Shown: positions 26,660-40,394 of the stretch, in pieces
Layout of the letters: each line of letters opens with the position of its first letter
Position numbering within the stretch: position 1 is the first letter of the stretch
Assembly (NCBI GenBank): GCA_951406725.2
Contig: OX597818.1
Location: 16,368,001-16,432,000 of the forward strand
Length of the DNA stretch: 64,000 nt
Source of the DNA: Octopus vulgaris
Lineage: Eukaryota
Direction: 5' to 3'
The notes under the pieces: model-generated
Told to the model about the DNA's origin: nothing
The model's input: only the letters and a program-made list of their open reading frames with translations
Database searches by the model: none
Position numbers and translations under genes: made by a program

Positions 26660-28440
26660 TAAAACTATATGCTGCAAATGATAACCAGCTGGAAACATTA
26701 CTACAGACGAAGATTTCAACGATTCTATGTGGGGAAAAGATTAGAAAATGACAACATTCCAATAAAAAGCTTACTGGCAAGATGGTATTCAACACCAAAT
26801 TCAGTTACTTAAGTCTGACATAGAATGTTGAAAAACCTTAAGTTTGACAAGACTATCAAACCAACAAAAATCTGAAAATTAAAGAAAATATATAATATGA
26901 AAATTATACTTGACATCGATACCACCATAGAAACTATCAAGCAAAAGGTATGTGCAAAAGCTGCCCGCATAGCATGGTATGGAAAGCGCATTAGATTCTT
27001 CAAGGTAAACAACATGTTCAAAAATAATCCCAAAAAGTTTTACAGGAACATAGGGAAAATACCAGTTACAGTAAAGTCTATCCATCAAAAGAAGTGCAGG
27101 AATTTTGGAATAAAATTTGGGCAGAAGGAAAAACACACAATAAAAAGGCCTATTGGATTGATAGAATAACTACTGACTTAGACAGACTCCTTAAAAGAAC
27201 AAAAGTGGGAGGGTATCACGGTAGAGGATGTAAGCAAGGAGAAGTCTCTAGGAAAGAATAAAATTCTTAACTTCTGGTTGAATGCCTTCCTAGAGAGTCA
27301 TGAACTGCTAAACAAAACTTTACAACAATGTTTTGCAACAACCTAGTATGATTCCCTCTTGGCTAGTTAATGGTTAAACTTTCCTACTTCCAAAAAATGA
27401 AGAAACAAATGAACCAAAAAATTATAGACCTATAATCTGCTTAACAACAATATATAAAATACTAACATCTGTTTTGACTGAATATACCTATAGTTTTTAA
27501 TAGAAAGTGGCATATTCCCTAATGAGAAAAAAGGATGTAAACGTGGGTCTTGTGGTTGTAAAGATCAGCTACTCATCAATAAGATGATCTTGGAAGATTC
27601 TCACAAACGATACAAGTGGATTAAGAAATGTCTGGAAATGTATAAAATAGCACCTACTTGTGTGTAAGTATGAGATCATGGAGAACCACATTGACTTCGA
27701 ACAGTGACAATGAATCTCTCAATGCTGGAGATGTAAGCATTTCTTATGGCATTTTCCAGGGTGACTATCTATCCCTGCCCTTCTTTTGTCTAGCCTTAAT
27801 ACCTCTCTTGAAATTGCTCGATGATGTATAATATGGCTATAAAATGATTTCAAGCTCCTTGCAAAATACGACCAACAAACACAGGGTTTACCAACAATTG
27901 TTAAAAAGTTCAGTGATGATATCAGAGTGCAATTTGGCCTCGATAAATGTGCAATAGCTACTGTTATCAAAGGAAAAATGATAGAAATACCAAACATTAA
28001 TCTTGACCAAGAGTATGTTATAACGGAGTTAGAACAAGCGGAGAGCTACAAATTGCTAGGGGTATTTGAAGGTGATAGAATCAAACATTCAATGATGAAG
28101 GAAAGGATCAGAAGAGAATTTTATAGCAGAGTAAGGTCAATACTCAAGACAGAGCTGAATGCAAGAAACATGATCAAAACGATCAATACTTTAGCCATAC
28201 CAGTCGTGATTTACAGCTTCAATATCATTAACTGGTCAGATATATATACGAAAATAGTTGACAATACATAGAATGCACCACCCTAAGGCAGATATAGAAC
28301 GACTTTACCTGCCAAGAAAAGAGGGTGACCGTGGACTTTTACAACTGAAATTAACAATGAAAATTGCCACAGTTGGTCTAAACACCTACCTGAAAAACTC
28401 TGATGGTTGTTAAAACTTGTCTTTAAGCACGAAAACAAGA
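26660..28440 (+). mobile_element. Second degenerate R4/Dong-like non-LTR retrotransposon
   Basis: NYRPIICL, GIFQGDSI, QFGLDKCA, YSRVRSILKTELNARNMIKTINTLAIPVVIYSF, HHPKADIERLYLPR. Confidence 0.8.
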
Positions 28441-28479
28441 AACCAGGGGAGGAGGGGGATGAAGGGGAGGAGGAGGGGG

Positions 28480-28597
28480 AGAAGAAGAAGAAGAAGAAGA
28501 AGAAGAAGAAGAAGAAGAAGAAGAAGAAGAAGAAGAAGAAGAAGAAGAAGAAGAAGAAGAAGAAGAAGAAGAAGAAGAAGAAGAAGAAGAAGAAGAA
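28480..28597. repeat. (GAA)n microsatellite
   Basis: Direct inspection. Confidence 0.95.
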
Positions 28598-29928
28598 TAT
28601 TTATTTATGAACGACAAGAACTGAAAGAAATACAACAAAATTCAAAGAGAGTTCAAAAGATGAAAGACAAAAATTACAATAATGTTTTTATCTAAAGTTT
28701 AAAAGTCTTCTTGTGTTGATTAGGGTACACCATGTTTCTGATTAGGTATCTCCACAATTGTATTGTTAATATCTGTAGATTCCAGCACCTTCGGTGAGGA
28801 ACTCTTGGGTTACAGTAGACAATCGAGGTCGCACGTCATGTTTTATCTAAAATCAATCTTACTTCTTTGTCCATATGTACCTTAAGCAGTATATTATATC
28901 GTTGTTACCCTTACGAAAGAATATGTATTTCATCTTGTTCAGGATGGTAGCTATTTCCTTCATATTGAGATGAGCAGTTTGTCAGCAGGGAGTTCCTTCT
29001 TTTCCACAGGTTATGAAACTACATTTTATCTCATTAATTGTATTTATTTATATTGCATTGGGTCTTTCGAAGAAGTGTGCATAAGTCGTTTGGTCAGCGT
29101 CAGGTCACCAGACTCTTAAGTACATGACCATATACTGCTGTGAAGGAGTGCTTCTCGGCCACTTCTATTTTGTTATTGTAGTTGTTGTTAGAAGTGATTG
29201 GTTTTTGTCCACGTCAGGGCCAAAGAGTTTGATCGTGACAGTGAGAATTATGTAAATTTGTTTGTCGAATCATGGGTTATAGCTATTGTGGAGTTTTGGA
29301 CGGCAACCTCCATGCTTTGTAGTCTTGTTTCTGGATTTTTCTTTAATATTTTCTTTTTTTGTTTTTGACTGCTGGTCTTGATTCCGCGATATGAAAGAAC
29401 AGTGTTGATATCAAGGAAAAACCCAGTCAGACCATAGAGTCAATGCGCCACGCTTTCTCAAACATCTTTGAGGAGTCACGAGCATTGGCCTTAGTTTCAC
29501 TAGAAGAGTTAAATGAACGAGAGAAACATTTCGATATGACAGTGAGAATGTTCTCAGTAGACCTAGATGCACGCAAATCTTATGGAAAATCAGCAAGTAG
29601 ACCGGAAGAGTCAAAGTATCTGATCAAAGCCACCTTAATAATAGATTCAAAGACTTTCTTGATCATAGGGAAAATACTTATTGGAATATAAATGTGTAAG
29701 TCAGATGATTCCCTACTATTCTTAAACGCTGGAGCAATAGATAAATAATTCTAACAAGACGAAATGCAAGTTATAGACAGAAGACAAGCTCAGGGCTACT
29801 TGGCTGCAAAACAACTCGTGTACCATGATGACCAGTGGCCTTAGATGAATCTACTTTCGCAATTATAGATGCTACAATTTTAGCGGTTATATGGAAGGTG
29901 CAAGAAGGGAAGGCTACAAGCGGTATGT

Positions 29929-30001
<73 letters not shown>

Positions 30002-30161
30002 TGTGTGTGTGCGTGCACGCGCGGACGTGTGGTGTGTGAAGGTGATGGTTGTATGTGTGTGAGTGTGTGGACTAATGACACTTATTAAGATAGTTAAAGA
30101 TACTTAAAAGAGATTATTTTGGGAGAAAGCAAACATTTTGTAAATTGCTCTATGAAATATT

Positions 30162-32372
30162 TCATTCTTCAAATACATTAATTATCCCAATGATTTTATC
30201 TGATAGGGATATATCAAAATGAAATTTAATATTGAATATCGATAATAATTTTGGTATCATAGACGTCATCAATATTAAGGTAATCCGTGTGAATCCTGAT
30301 AAATCCAAATCCTTTCGACTTATTATATTGTTGCAAGCAAAGAAAAAAGATACGATTAGAAATAGCTTTACAATGGATTTAGCAATCTCGTATCTCAAAG
30401 GAAAATGATGGTCAATAATTGTTTTAAACAACTTGGCATTAATGAATTCCTGTCCATATTTTGACAGAACTAAATTTGGACGAACACTTTTCGTAAACTT
30501 TATAGTTTGAACTAGTATAGTATGATACTTTTCCTGAATAGTTTTCGTAACTGCAAAACCGTAAACAAAAAACATGGCAACAAACCATATATCACCAACA
30601 GTATCAGGTTTAGCAAGCATTGAAATAACTATTGTAAATATATAGTTGCAAAGAACTTGGAAAGTTGTAAGAAAAATATAAATCGAATCTAAATACCATA
30701 ATACATAAAAGGGCAACGAAGCGAATGTTAAGATAAGAGCAATAATCTTGGAAATATGGTTAGGATTCAAATACATTGGTAAAATATAGACTTTGAAGTA
30801 ACTTAAGGGTAAAGTTAGAATCAAATAAACGATTGGGATTCCGTAATAAACGAGGCACAGAAGTAATTCGCAGATAGAAAATACAGCAAATAAAATCGTG
30901 ATCGTAATAAATAACCAAAGAAATATGAATTGGCTAAAAATATTTCTCTCGTAGAAATAAAGACAAATTTTCTTTATACGTTTAATCCAAGTATAAATAA
31001 TTAAATACCACAAATTTGGGTTTAAAGCCGTAGAAATATTAGCTATCATTATCGTATAAAGTAGATCGTAATCTTCAAGTGTAGAAATATTTAAATTTCC
31101 ATAGTTCTCTATTAATGTGATATTTTGAATGAGAAATGTGCAAGTTGATCTTTGATGTAATGTACTATAAGCGATAGTCTCACTTAAACGACTGGGAAGA
31201 ACGAAGAGAATAAAGTTGAAAAATATATAGCTAATTATCCAAAAAAAGGGACCCCCGAAAAAACCATCTGTATTTTCATAGCTTTCTGAGATTCCTAGAA
31301 TAATGGCACGATAACCAAATGGAATACGATCATGTAAAAGTATTTTCATCGTTTCATATATAAATAAATAATGCATTAAAAGATCCAGGAAAATTATTGA
31401 AAGAGGAAACATGATAAAAATGAATCTTCTTAGTTTTGAAGCAAAGAAAGTGGAATGGTGAAAACAAAATAACCAAGATAGAAAATGAGAGAAACTGTAA
31501 ATATTATGTTTTTCATTGATCCATTCTAATTTGTGTGGCAATGTGTAGTTAATTCTAAATAAGAATTCATCGTTCGCTAATTGTTGCTGGTTAAGTTCTC
31601 GAGAATATGAAGGTAATTTAAGACGTGATACAAAACTAACAAGCAATGGAAATATGGCCCACAGAACCGCCCCAACAATATTTTCATAATTAACAAACAT
31701 ACTATTTTCAATGATGTTTCCAGAACAAATGGATTTCGGTTCATAAGTGCGTTTTTCAGTCTTATGTAGTTCACAGCAATAGTTTTTCAGTATCTCTCGA
31801 TTTATACCCAATCTTCTGTATGTTAATAACGTATAAGGGCTGTTCTTCTGTATATCATGCGACAAATTTATAAAAAAGCACATGTATCCAGATTCTCCCA
31901 TTTGCAATTTATCGATAAATACGATTCTCTTTAATTCCTCGAAAATCAAAAATATTACATCGTGTCTCTGAATATTTTGTTTCCCACAATTTATATCGAT
32001 AACAATACTTGGAGTAGCAACGTAAACATCTAATATATTAAATGAATGAATTGAGAAGTCATAGTGAAAATTTTTATACGCTACTAAACCATCTGGTTTA
32101 TCTGGAATCCACATGAAATGCCTCGCATTTGCATAATAATCCAGTGGTACAGGAATGAGAAACCCATCAAGTGTTTTATCAGCTATATGGACTTCGAAAT
32201 TGAAAACCAGTTTACCTGATTTTACTAAACGAGTTAAAGTTTGACTGACATTAGGAGAAATTTTAATTTCACAATTATTTCCGAGTCCTTTCGCATCTAT
32301 GTTTAGTGATGTAAGTGAGATAATAAGGGTGACTGATAAAAGAAGTGCTGTTACCATATGCATGACAGCCAT
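30162..32372 (-). CDS. Uncharacterised multipass membrane protein with signal peptide and Cys-containing ectodomain (copy C, 736 aa, intact, single coding exon)
   Basis: 2.2-kb uninterrupted ORF in repeat-rich DNA; hydrophobic N-terminus, ~200-aa ectodomain, ~8-10 hydrophobic segments; clear paralogy to 58596-61340 and 12727-14965. Confidence 0.92.
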   Translation of the reverse strand: MAVMHMVTALLLSVTLIISLTSLNIDAKGLGNNCEIKISPNVSQTLTRLVKSGKLVFNFEVHIADKTLDGFLIPVPLDYYANARHFMWIPDKPDGLVAYKNFHYDFSIHSFNILDVYVATPSIVIDINCGKQNIQRHDVIFLIFEELKRIVFIDKLQMGESGYMCFFINLSHDIQKNSPYTLLTYRRLGINREILKNYCCELHKTEKRTYEPKSICSGNIIENSMFVNYENIVGAVLWAIFPLLVSFVSRLKLPSYSRELNQQQLANDEFLFRINYTLPHKLEWINEKHNIYSFSHFLSWLFCFHHSTFFASKLRRFIFIMFPLSIIFLDLLMHYLFIYETMKILLHDRIPFGYRAIILGISESYENTDGFFGGPFFWIISYIFFNFILFVLPSRLSETIAYSTLHQRSTCTFLIQNITLIENYGNLNISTLEDYDLLYTIMIANISTALNPNLWYLIIYTWIKRIKKICLYFYERNIFSQFIFLWLFITITILFAVFSICELLLCLVYYGIPIVYLILTLPLSYFKVYILPMYLNPNHISKIIALILTFASLPFYVLWYLDSIYIFLTTFQVLCNYIFTIVISMLAKPDTVGDIWFVAMFFVYGFAVTKTIQEKYHTILVQTIKFTKSVRPNLVLSKYGQEFINAKLFKTIIDHHFPLRYEIAKSIVKLFLIVSFFFACNNIISRKDLDLSGFTRITLILMTSMIPKLLSIFNIKFHFDISLSDKIIGIINVFEE

Positions 32373-32519
32373 ATTTCGTTATCTGTAAAAAAAGAAAAAA
32401 TTATCTGAGCACACATATATTGATGAAGGGTTAAGTTCATTTTTCTTATTTCGTAATTATTTGAAATGAAGAATATTGATTTAAAACTGAAAAGAAATGT
32501 CTTTTATTTTATTTAGTTT

Positions 32520-32940
32520 TGTTTTTCGATCTCAAAGGAAGTTTAGACGAATGTCTTGTGAAAGCTGTACAAGGCATGTACATGTGTGTTCTTACTAAGT
32601 TAAGAGTTAGTCTTGAATACAGTGACGAATTTAGGGTACAGGCAGGTGTGCAGCAAGGTTCGCTCCTCAGCACCCTCCTATTCATCACCGTCCTCCAGGC
32701 CATAACAGAGCAATTTATTACTGGAAGCCTATGGAAACTACTATATGCTGATTATCTTGCACCCATAGCAGAATGTGTAAGAGACCTAGAGAAGAAATTC
32801 CAGGTGTGCAATCAAAACCTGGAGTCAAAGGGTCTTAAAGTTAACTTAGCAAAGACCAAAGTCCTAATGAGCAAGAAATTGGAGGGAAACCAGACACTTC
32901 CTGTAACTGACCCTCCTCAATATGTAGAAAAGGTGTAGGC
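32520..32940 (+). mobile_element. RTE-clade LINE reverse transcriptase fragment
   Basis: FRVQAGVQQGSLLSTLLFITVL...LLYADYL...GLKVNLAKTKVLM. Confidence 0.8.
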
Positions 32941-33299
32941 ACTTCAACAGCAGATCAAGGAATGAAGTCTATCAGTCAGCCTGATGCTCTCTTTGATACC
33001 CTTCCAGCAACTTTAAGACATTTCACACTCTCCACTCTTTAAGATATTTTACCTAGAAGGCTACTACAGTATGAAATCTACAGTTTGCTCTTGATTGCAG
33101 CCGTCTTAATCCGATAAGCCATTATGATAAAACCTCTGTTCTAAAGAGTGGGATCGGATAGTGCCCACCGACTCACACTTTAAAACTAGTAAGAGCAGAC
33201 AGGAAGAAAAGAGTGTTAAGCTCCGTTTATATAACCACTTAATGGTGTGTCGCTTTTCCATTTGGTATTCAGATACGAAGAATCTACTATAATTGTATG

Positions 33300-33406
33300 C
33301 TCTCTTTCATCTCTGTTACTTATTTCAGTTATGAGACTGCGGCCATGCTGGGGCACCGCCTTAAAGGGGTTTTTTATCGAATTAAACGACCCCAGAACTT
33401 GTGTAT

Positions 33407-33470
<64 letters not shown>

Positions 33471-33765
33471 TTAAACTTGGTATTTATTCTATCGGTGTCT
33501 TTGTTGAACAGCTATGTTACGGAGATGTAAACACACCAACACCGGTTGTCAAGCAGTGGTTGTGGGCAAACACAGACGCAAAGAAACACACACACACACA
33601 CATATATATATATAGATAGATATGCATTCGAGAGGCTTCTTTCAGTTTCCGTCTTTCAAGTTTAAGCTTCCTGAGGCTAGAGTAGAAAATGCTGGCCCAA
33701 GGTACCATGCTGTGAGAATGAACCCGGAACCATGTGGTCAGGAAGCAAACACATTGCCACACTGT
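33300..33765 (-). mobile_element. tRNA-derived SINE (microsatellite-interrupted)
   Basis: Colinear with 47910-48377. Confidence 0.75.
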
Positions 33766-34269
33766 ACACTGAGCCTATATTGAGAGAGAAAGTAAAATAG
33801 AGGTTAAGAGATAGAGAGAGTGGGGTAGACATAGAGAGACAGAGAAAAGTTCGACGTACTGCTAAAGAGAAAGGGATTGGGAGAAAGCTTCAGAGACATA
33901 AATACAGAGATAGATAGGGAAATAGAGACAGGGGAAGGAGGGAAGGCGGAAACATTTACATACATGACTAAGATACATTTAACAAGCAGCAACGTGTTCA
34001 TAAATAGGGCAGAATTCTCGCTTAAACAGCCCAAATAAGCCCTCATAACTTTTTTTATTTTTGGTAATTTTCAGAAAAGGTTTGTTAATTTTTGTCCTAA
34101 ACATGGGAATTCATAACATCCGTATTAATATTAAAATTTTCGATCATTTTTCTCTTTTAATCTATTTGAAATACGGGCGGTCTGAATTTTTACCTAAATT
34201 CCAGCAGCAGACCGCCCTTCGGTTTATCATAATTCCATTAAATGGGTTCATGGAGAGAAAAATATTTTT

Positions 34270-34490
34270 TTTATTGCCCACAGGGGGATAAACATAGAGG
34301 GGAGACAAACAAGGATAGACAAAGGGATTAGGTCGATTACATCAACCCCAGTGCGTAACTGCTACTTATTCAATCGACCCAGAAAGGATGAAAGGCAAAG
34401 TCGACCTGGGCGGAATTTGAACTCAGAACGTAACGGCAGACGAAATATCGCTAGGCAGTTCGCCCGGCGTGCTAACGATTCTGCCAGGGG
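34270..34490 (-). mobile_element. SINE fragment
   Basis: tcgacccagaaaggatgaaaggcaaagtcgacctgggcggaatttgaactcagaacg, i.e. a B-box on the minus strand; related to 1545-1650. Confidence 0.6.
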
Positions 34491-34779
34491 AGAAAAATAT
34501 TGAAAAATATTGAAAAACACTAATACATGTCTGAATGATAAAGAAACGATGACGGTATCGTGTGTTCGTGGGATGTGCTATAAATTATATTTAGGTACAC
34601 ACACACACACATATCCTGCATTTTATTGATAAGTAGATTGATAAGTGATTCAAAATAAATATATTTTAATTGTTGTGTGAGAAAGTATATATAATCTGAT
34701 TATAAAATATAGTGTCTTTCAAAAACATCCTAAATTTGAAGACTATATCTCGTGTTTAAGAAAAAAACATTTTAGGTAT

Positions 34780-35810
34780 ACACGTGTATGTATGTGTATA
34801 TGTATGTATGTATCGTGTACTACGTATATCCGTTTCATTTATAGCCAATGAATCACTCCGCCTCAAAGATTGTCATGATATTACAAATCATCACTCTTCG
34901 CATGAAATTACTTTAATCAGGAAAGCATAGACAAAATTTGTTCTGATTTCTGAGAATTAATATTGATGCTTCTAAATCTCCCTTAAATCACACACATGAA
35001 GTATTATTATTTCAAAAGCGTATGAATTTCCGTACTTAGAACACAAATTCGCGAAAATTTCCTGAAAATTCCAAAGAATGAAAATGCTACAAGGGGTTAT
35101 ATGGGTTTCATTAACCAGAATTCCGCCATTTTGAAGGAATATCTGTAGATTCAATGGACCCTTATTCCTCCGTTTGCTCAGACAGAAAAGGGATCCTTTC
35201 ATAGGGATCACAAGTCGTGTGGGAGAAAGAAAAGATAGAATCATGGTGTATCCTCAGACGGATATCCGATCTCAATGTGAACTCCAGTCAAGGTACCTAC
35301 CTGCTAAAAACAACAGCCAAATATCCCTCAGATCACTCCTCATATTGTTAGAAGACATTACATTGGATAAATGCATTCAGGTGGATGGACATTACTCGTA
35401 AATAAACAGGGTAACGGTCATAGATGGGATGTTTTTTTATCATAGATCAACCCCTTCAAGACTGACTAGCTTATAAACAACAATACCAACGAAGACGTCT
35501 GCAACAACAACAACAACAACAAAAATGACAAGTAATAATAATCTTGTTACCTGTTCTGGGCGTGTTACCGTGAGATATATATGTATATTCGACAAATGTT
35601 GGTAAATAGATCTTGAATTAATTTCTTAGGAGCATCAATATTAATTCTCAGAAATCAGAACAAATTTTGTCTATGCTTTCCGAATTGAACTAAATCCATG
35701 CGAAAAGTGATTTGTAATATCTTGACAACTTTTTAGGTGGAGAGATTCATTGGCTATAAATGAAACGGCTGTACGTAAGTACACGATACATACATACATA
35801 CACACACGTG
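34780..35810. repeat. ~195-bp inverted repeat (34780-34975 vs 35625-35810) of the upstream conserved block
   Basis: gaaagcatagacaaaatttgttctgatttctgagaattaatattgatgct and its exact reverse complement. Confidence 0.85.
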
Positions 35811-35933
35811 CATACCTATGCACATAGATACATACGCACGTAGCCTAAATACTTACAGTGCTATGTCATCTGTATGTTTGTATATCCATAAGCAGGTAAC
35901 TACGACAACATAACGTTGCAGGTAGTTACGTTA

Positions 35934-35969
<36 letters not shown>

Positions 35970-36065
35970 TCATCATATCATATCTTATCATATACCCAGG
36001 CCTATTCCCCATTTTTGAGGAGGAGGTCGCCATAGCAAGACACAAACCAGGCATATATATATATA

Positions 36066-36315
36066 TCTGTATATCTATAAAAGGCAGGAAGTGTGTGTGT
36101 GTACGTGAATGTAATTTATGCATATCCACAAATTAGCACGCATGTCGCTCCAATTTTTGGAGGTCATTCATCACGAACCTAGCTGGGTTTTGCCGATTTA
36201 TTTTTCCCGAGGCACCCGCGGATAGCGGGAAAAATCTATTTTCAACTATAACTTTTACCAATCCTTAAGTTTGCTAACATGAGTTAAGTCCCCTTCTTGC
36301 CATAGCGAAGTGACT

Positions 36316-36353
<38 letters not shown>

Positions 36354-37323
36354 CTGTGTGTGTGTGTGTCTGTGTGTGTGTGTGTGTGTGTATCTGTGTG
36401 TGTGTGTGTGTGTGTGTACACACAGGTGAATATAATTTATGCACGTCCACAAATTAGCACGCATGTTGTTCCAATTTTAGGACATTGGTCACGATCATGG
36501 CTGTGTTTTTGTCAACTTATTTTCCCCGAGGCACTCGGAGGTAGTGGTGAAAATCGATTTACAACCATAACTTTTACCAATTTTCACGTCAGTGAAATCT
36601 GTAAGTTTGCTAATATAAGTTAAGACATCTGTCTAGCAATGATGAGGAAGGAAAACAAAGGGTTAACTTTTAGATTAACACTCACACGATTTTCACCAAG
36701 AAAAAAGAAAAAACTCGGATTTTTTGCGTTGAACTAGTACCCTTGACCTCTTAATATTCTGCAAATCCTTTATTTTGGTTCGGTAAAAAGGGGGTAGGGT
36801 GAAGGAATCATTGGAATTTTTTTTTCGTTGAATGAATTCCTGTGACCGTCTAATATGCTACAAGACCATTTCTGGGGTCCGAAAAACGAGGTGGGGAGAG
36901 GTTGAAGCCTCGGAAATTTCACCTACCCACCACCATTGATATTTTCACCCATCCGATTTTCACTAAGGAAAAAATAAATAAAACTCGGACTTTTTTTTAT
37001 TTTGTGTGAAATCAAGTACCCTGACCTAATATGCTGCAAATCACGTATTTTCGTTCGGGAAAAAAAGGTGGGGCGAGGCCTCCCCCTCCCTCCCGGAATC
37101 ATTGGAATTTTTTTTTTCGTTGAATAAATTCCGGTGACCTCCTAATATGCTACAAAACCCTTTGGTGTGGTCCGAAAATGGGGCTGGGTGAGGTAGAAGC
37201 CTCGGAAATTTTACCCACTTCCATCATTTTACAGAAATAAATTTTCCAGAGTGTGAATTACATGGTTCGTTATTAAATATATATAGTAGAGAATGTTACA
37301 TATTGTGCGTGTATATATACATA

Positions 37324-37378
<55 letters not shown>

Positions 37379-38160
37379 ACGTGTACACCTTCGATGCAAC
37401 CTTCTCCAATGTACATCTTCGATGAAGATCTCCGAGGCAACCTTCTCCAATGCATATCTTTGATGAAGCCTTCACCGATAGTACCCCTAGGAATGGTTCG
37501 GTCAAGATCGGGATTAGTCGCTTCCTTTCACAGGTGTTCTATTTTCCTTGCTGGAAGGGCTCCCAACCCATGGGCCAAGAGGGTTAGATAATGGGGGTGG
37601 TTGTTTCGAAAGGGCTAGCATGTGCAACATGGTCACCTCTGCCGGTCAAACTCTCAGCCAATGCATTCCTGTCGCGGCACTGATTCTGCAGAACTGGGTT
37701 GGTTGTGAAAACCAACATTAAAGTATAAATATAGATTTTTGAATCAGCTATGTTGTGTTCGGTTAAGTCTTATTTCGAGCGAAATAACAATAAACCGATT
37801 CCTTATAGGATTTCTCACTAAAATTGGCTACACTCCATTTTCAATCATAACTTTTACCAATTTCGATGTATTTTGTTCCAACTTTATGCCGGCGTTACTT
37901 AGGACTCATGGGATCTTTGGATGTTTTAAGTTCTCAAAAAAAAAAAAAAACAATCGATGAGTGGAAAATTCGACAAACAAATTCCTTATGGGATTTCCAA
38001 ATCAAATTGTCTGCTACCCATTTTCAGCCAAACGTTTACCAATTTCAATGGATTTCGCTCAAATTTTACATCGGTATTACTAAGTTTGGTTTGAAACACA
38101 GCGCTTTATTAGCTCAATAATCCCTACTTAATCCCGGTCAACGCCGGGTTATACTGCTAG
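36066..38160 (+). mobile_element. Non-autonomous Helitron with internal direct repeats
   Basis: 5' A|TCTGTATATCTATAAAAGG; 3' hairpin cccgg-tcaacg-ccggg then CTAG|T at 38160; the last ~770 bp match 54360-55330 reverse-complemented. Confidence 0.7.
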
Positions 38161-38319
38161 TACGTATATATATATATATATACTAATAAGTCAGGACAAA
38201 AGAAAAAATTACTAATGCCAAAATATGCCGAAAATAGACACAAAGTTAATAACCATGTAATTTATCACTACAAGCACGCGTTTCGAAAAAAGCCGTTAGA
38301 AATTTCTAAAAAATCCTGT

Positions 38320-38372
<53 letters not shown>

Positions 38373-38439
38373 GTAATGCAATACGAGAGTATTGCTTTCC
38401 AGTATAGGATAGCCCGTGAGGGTAAAATTATACGTAAAA

Positions 38440-38540
38440 TTAAATAAATGGCACAACGAAGTACCGATATTTACTGGAAAATAGCGAACGTTCACTATTT
38501 TCCAATAAATATCGGTACTTCGTTGTGCCATTTATTTACT
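38440..38540. repeat. ~100-bp near-perfect hairpin
   Basis: taaataaatggcacaacgaagtaccgatattta...taaatatcggtacttcgttgtgccatttattta; a single arm recurs at 52085-52140. Confidence 0.85.
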
Positions 38541-38557
38541 TTATGTATATATATATG

Positions 38558-38632
<75 letters not shown>

Positions 38633-38724
38633 ACACATACATATATATACACACATATATATATACATACATATACATACATACATATGCATGTATGTAT
38701 ACAATACGTCGGAGTGGGTATAGA

Positions 38725-38970
38725 TGCAGGAGTGGCTGTGTGGTAGTAGCTTGCCTAACACACACCACTCCTGCGACTGTGGCTGTATGGTAAGTAGCTT
38801 ACTTACCAGCCACATGGTTCCGGGTTCAGTCCCACTGTGTGGTACCTTTGGTTAGTGTCTTGTACTGGCTATGATAGGAGACACTTGCCCAATGTGCCAT
38901 GCAGTGGGACTGAACACGGAACCATGTGGCTGGTAAGCAAGCTACTTACCACACACCCACTCCTGCGTCT
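38725..38970. mobile_element. Inverted pair of SINE 5' heads
   Basis: gtggctgtatggtaagtagctt...cagtcccactg followed by its reverse complement. Confidence 0.75.
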
Positions 38971-39241
38971 ATGCATCGTATGTATATTGTATGTATTTAG
39001 GCTATGTATATACATAGCCTAAATACCTGCAATGTTATGGTGTACAGTTACCTACATATGAATATACAGACAGACATACCATTGTAAATATTTAGGTTAC
39101 ATACGTATGTATCTAAGTGCATATATATATACATATATATATACACGCATATATATATACATATATATACACATATATACATATATACATATATATATAT
39201 ATATGTACGTACATACATATACATATATGCATACATATATA

Positions 39242-39287
<46 letters not shown>

Positions 39288-39899
39288 AATATATATATAT
39301 GCACACACACACATATATATATATGCACATACATATATATGTAAACATATGCATACATATATATGTACATACATTGAATACATATATATGCACATACACA
39401 CATATATGCATATATATATATATATATAAGTAGTAATCGTAGCCACTATAGCATGGCTGTCTGTTCGAACATACTTTACTGCGATTTTTTAACCTCAAGA
39501 GGATATCTCCTCTAGGTGGTTAACGATGCACACCTGAATCCAAGATATTGCGAGCAGGGAAGTGACCCCCTACCATCGTCTAGGCATGGGACCAGTTATC
39601 CAGCCTCGTCTGTTAGAGGTCGCAGTATCTGGCTCTGCTCACTATATATATAGTTTCAAGTGACATACTGACGCTGATTTCGCAAAAATGCTATTTCTAA
39701 AATCCCTCTAAGTGATCAACGCTGTGGTTGTACTAACAAGTTGTATTAAGAAGTAATGTACTAACAAGTGGTATGTATGTATGTATGTATGTATGTATGT
39801 ATGTATGTATGTATGTATGTATGTATGTATGTATGTATGCATGTATGAATGTATGTATGTATATATTCATACTAAATTCATACTACTAGATATATCGTA

Positions 39900-40290
39900 C
39901 TATGCTTCATAAACCTATTAGGTTTGAACAAGGCGCTTTCATTTGCGAAATGTATCTCCGATTTAATTAGAGAGGAAATAGATATAATATTAGCGGCTCG
40001 GAACACCGTAATAGAAATGGGAGGTAAACTTTGGACTTATTCGGATAGGGAAGAACGTGTTGATGTAACAATGGGGGTCAAATGATTCGGCACAGGTAAC
40101 GGATGTAGGTAGAATATATTCACTGTCTCAGATAAAATCCTGCTTCCTGGATTTTGTAAGAGGAGAGGCTCGGGAATTATATAAAGACGACTCGCTATCT
40201 ATATTGAGAAGAAGTAGTAGCGTGGAAATGGAGAGAAGTAAGAAAAAACTAGATTTTTAAAAAAATCTCAACGAAGAGAATTTCGAGTTT
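39900..40290 (+). mobile_element. Penelope-like RT remnant
   Basis: LNKALSFA, AARNTVI, DVTMG, DSAQVTDVG and LYKDDSL are homologous to 8013-8500. Confidence 0.55.
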
Positions 40291-40360
40291 TTCCAAACTA
40301 TACATGCATACATACATACATGCATGCATGCATGCATGCATACATACATACATACATACA

Positions 40361-40394
<34 letters not shown>

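Larger units (their letters stand above)
32383..35550 (-). promoter_or_regulatory. Putative 5'-UTR intron of copy C (donor CAG|GTAACA at 35550, acceptor at 32383)
   Basis: Acceptor tttcttttttttacAG 10 nt before ATG; donor in a block homologous to 2640-2830 and 17340-17560. Confidence 0.5.

Noticed and set aside
28690-29900. Possible further LINE remnant or gene exon
   Set aside because: Only weak, fragmentary similarity by eye; not enough to call.
30162-32372. Assignment as GPCR or nAChR-derived chemotactile receptor
   Set aside because: No DRY/NPxxY motifs, no Cys-loop, and the hydrophobic segment layout fits neither 7TM nor 4TM.
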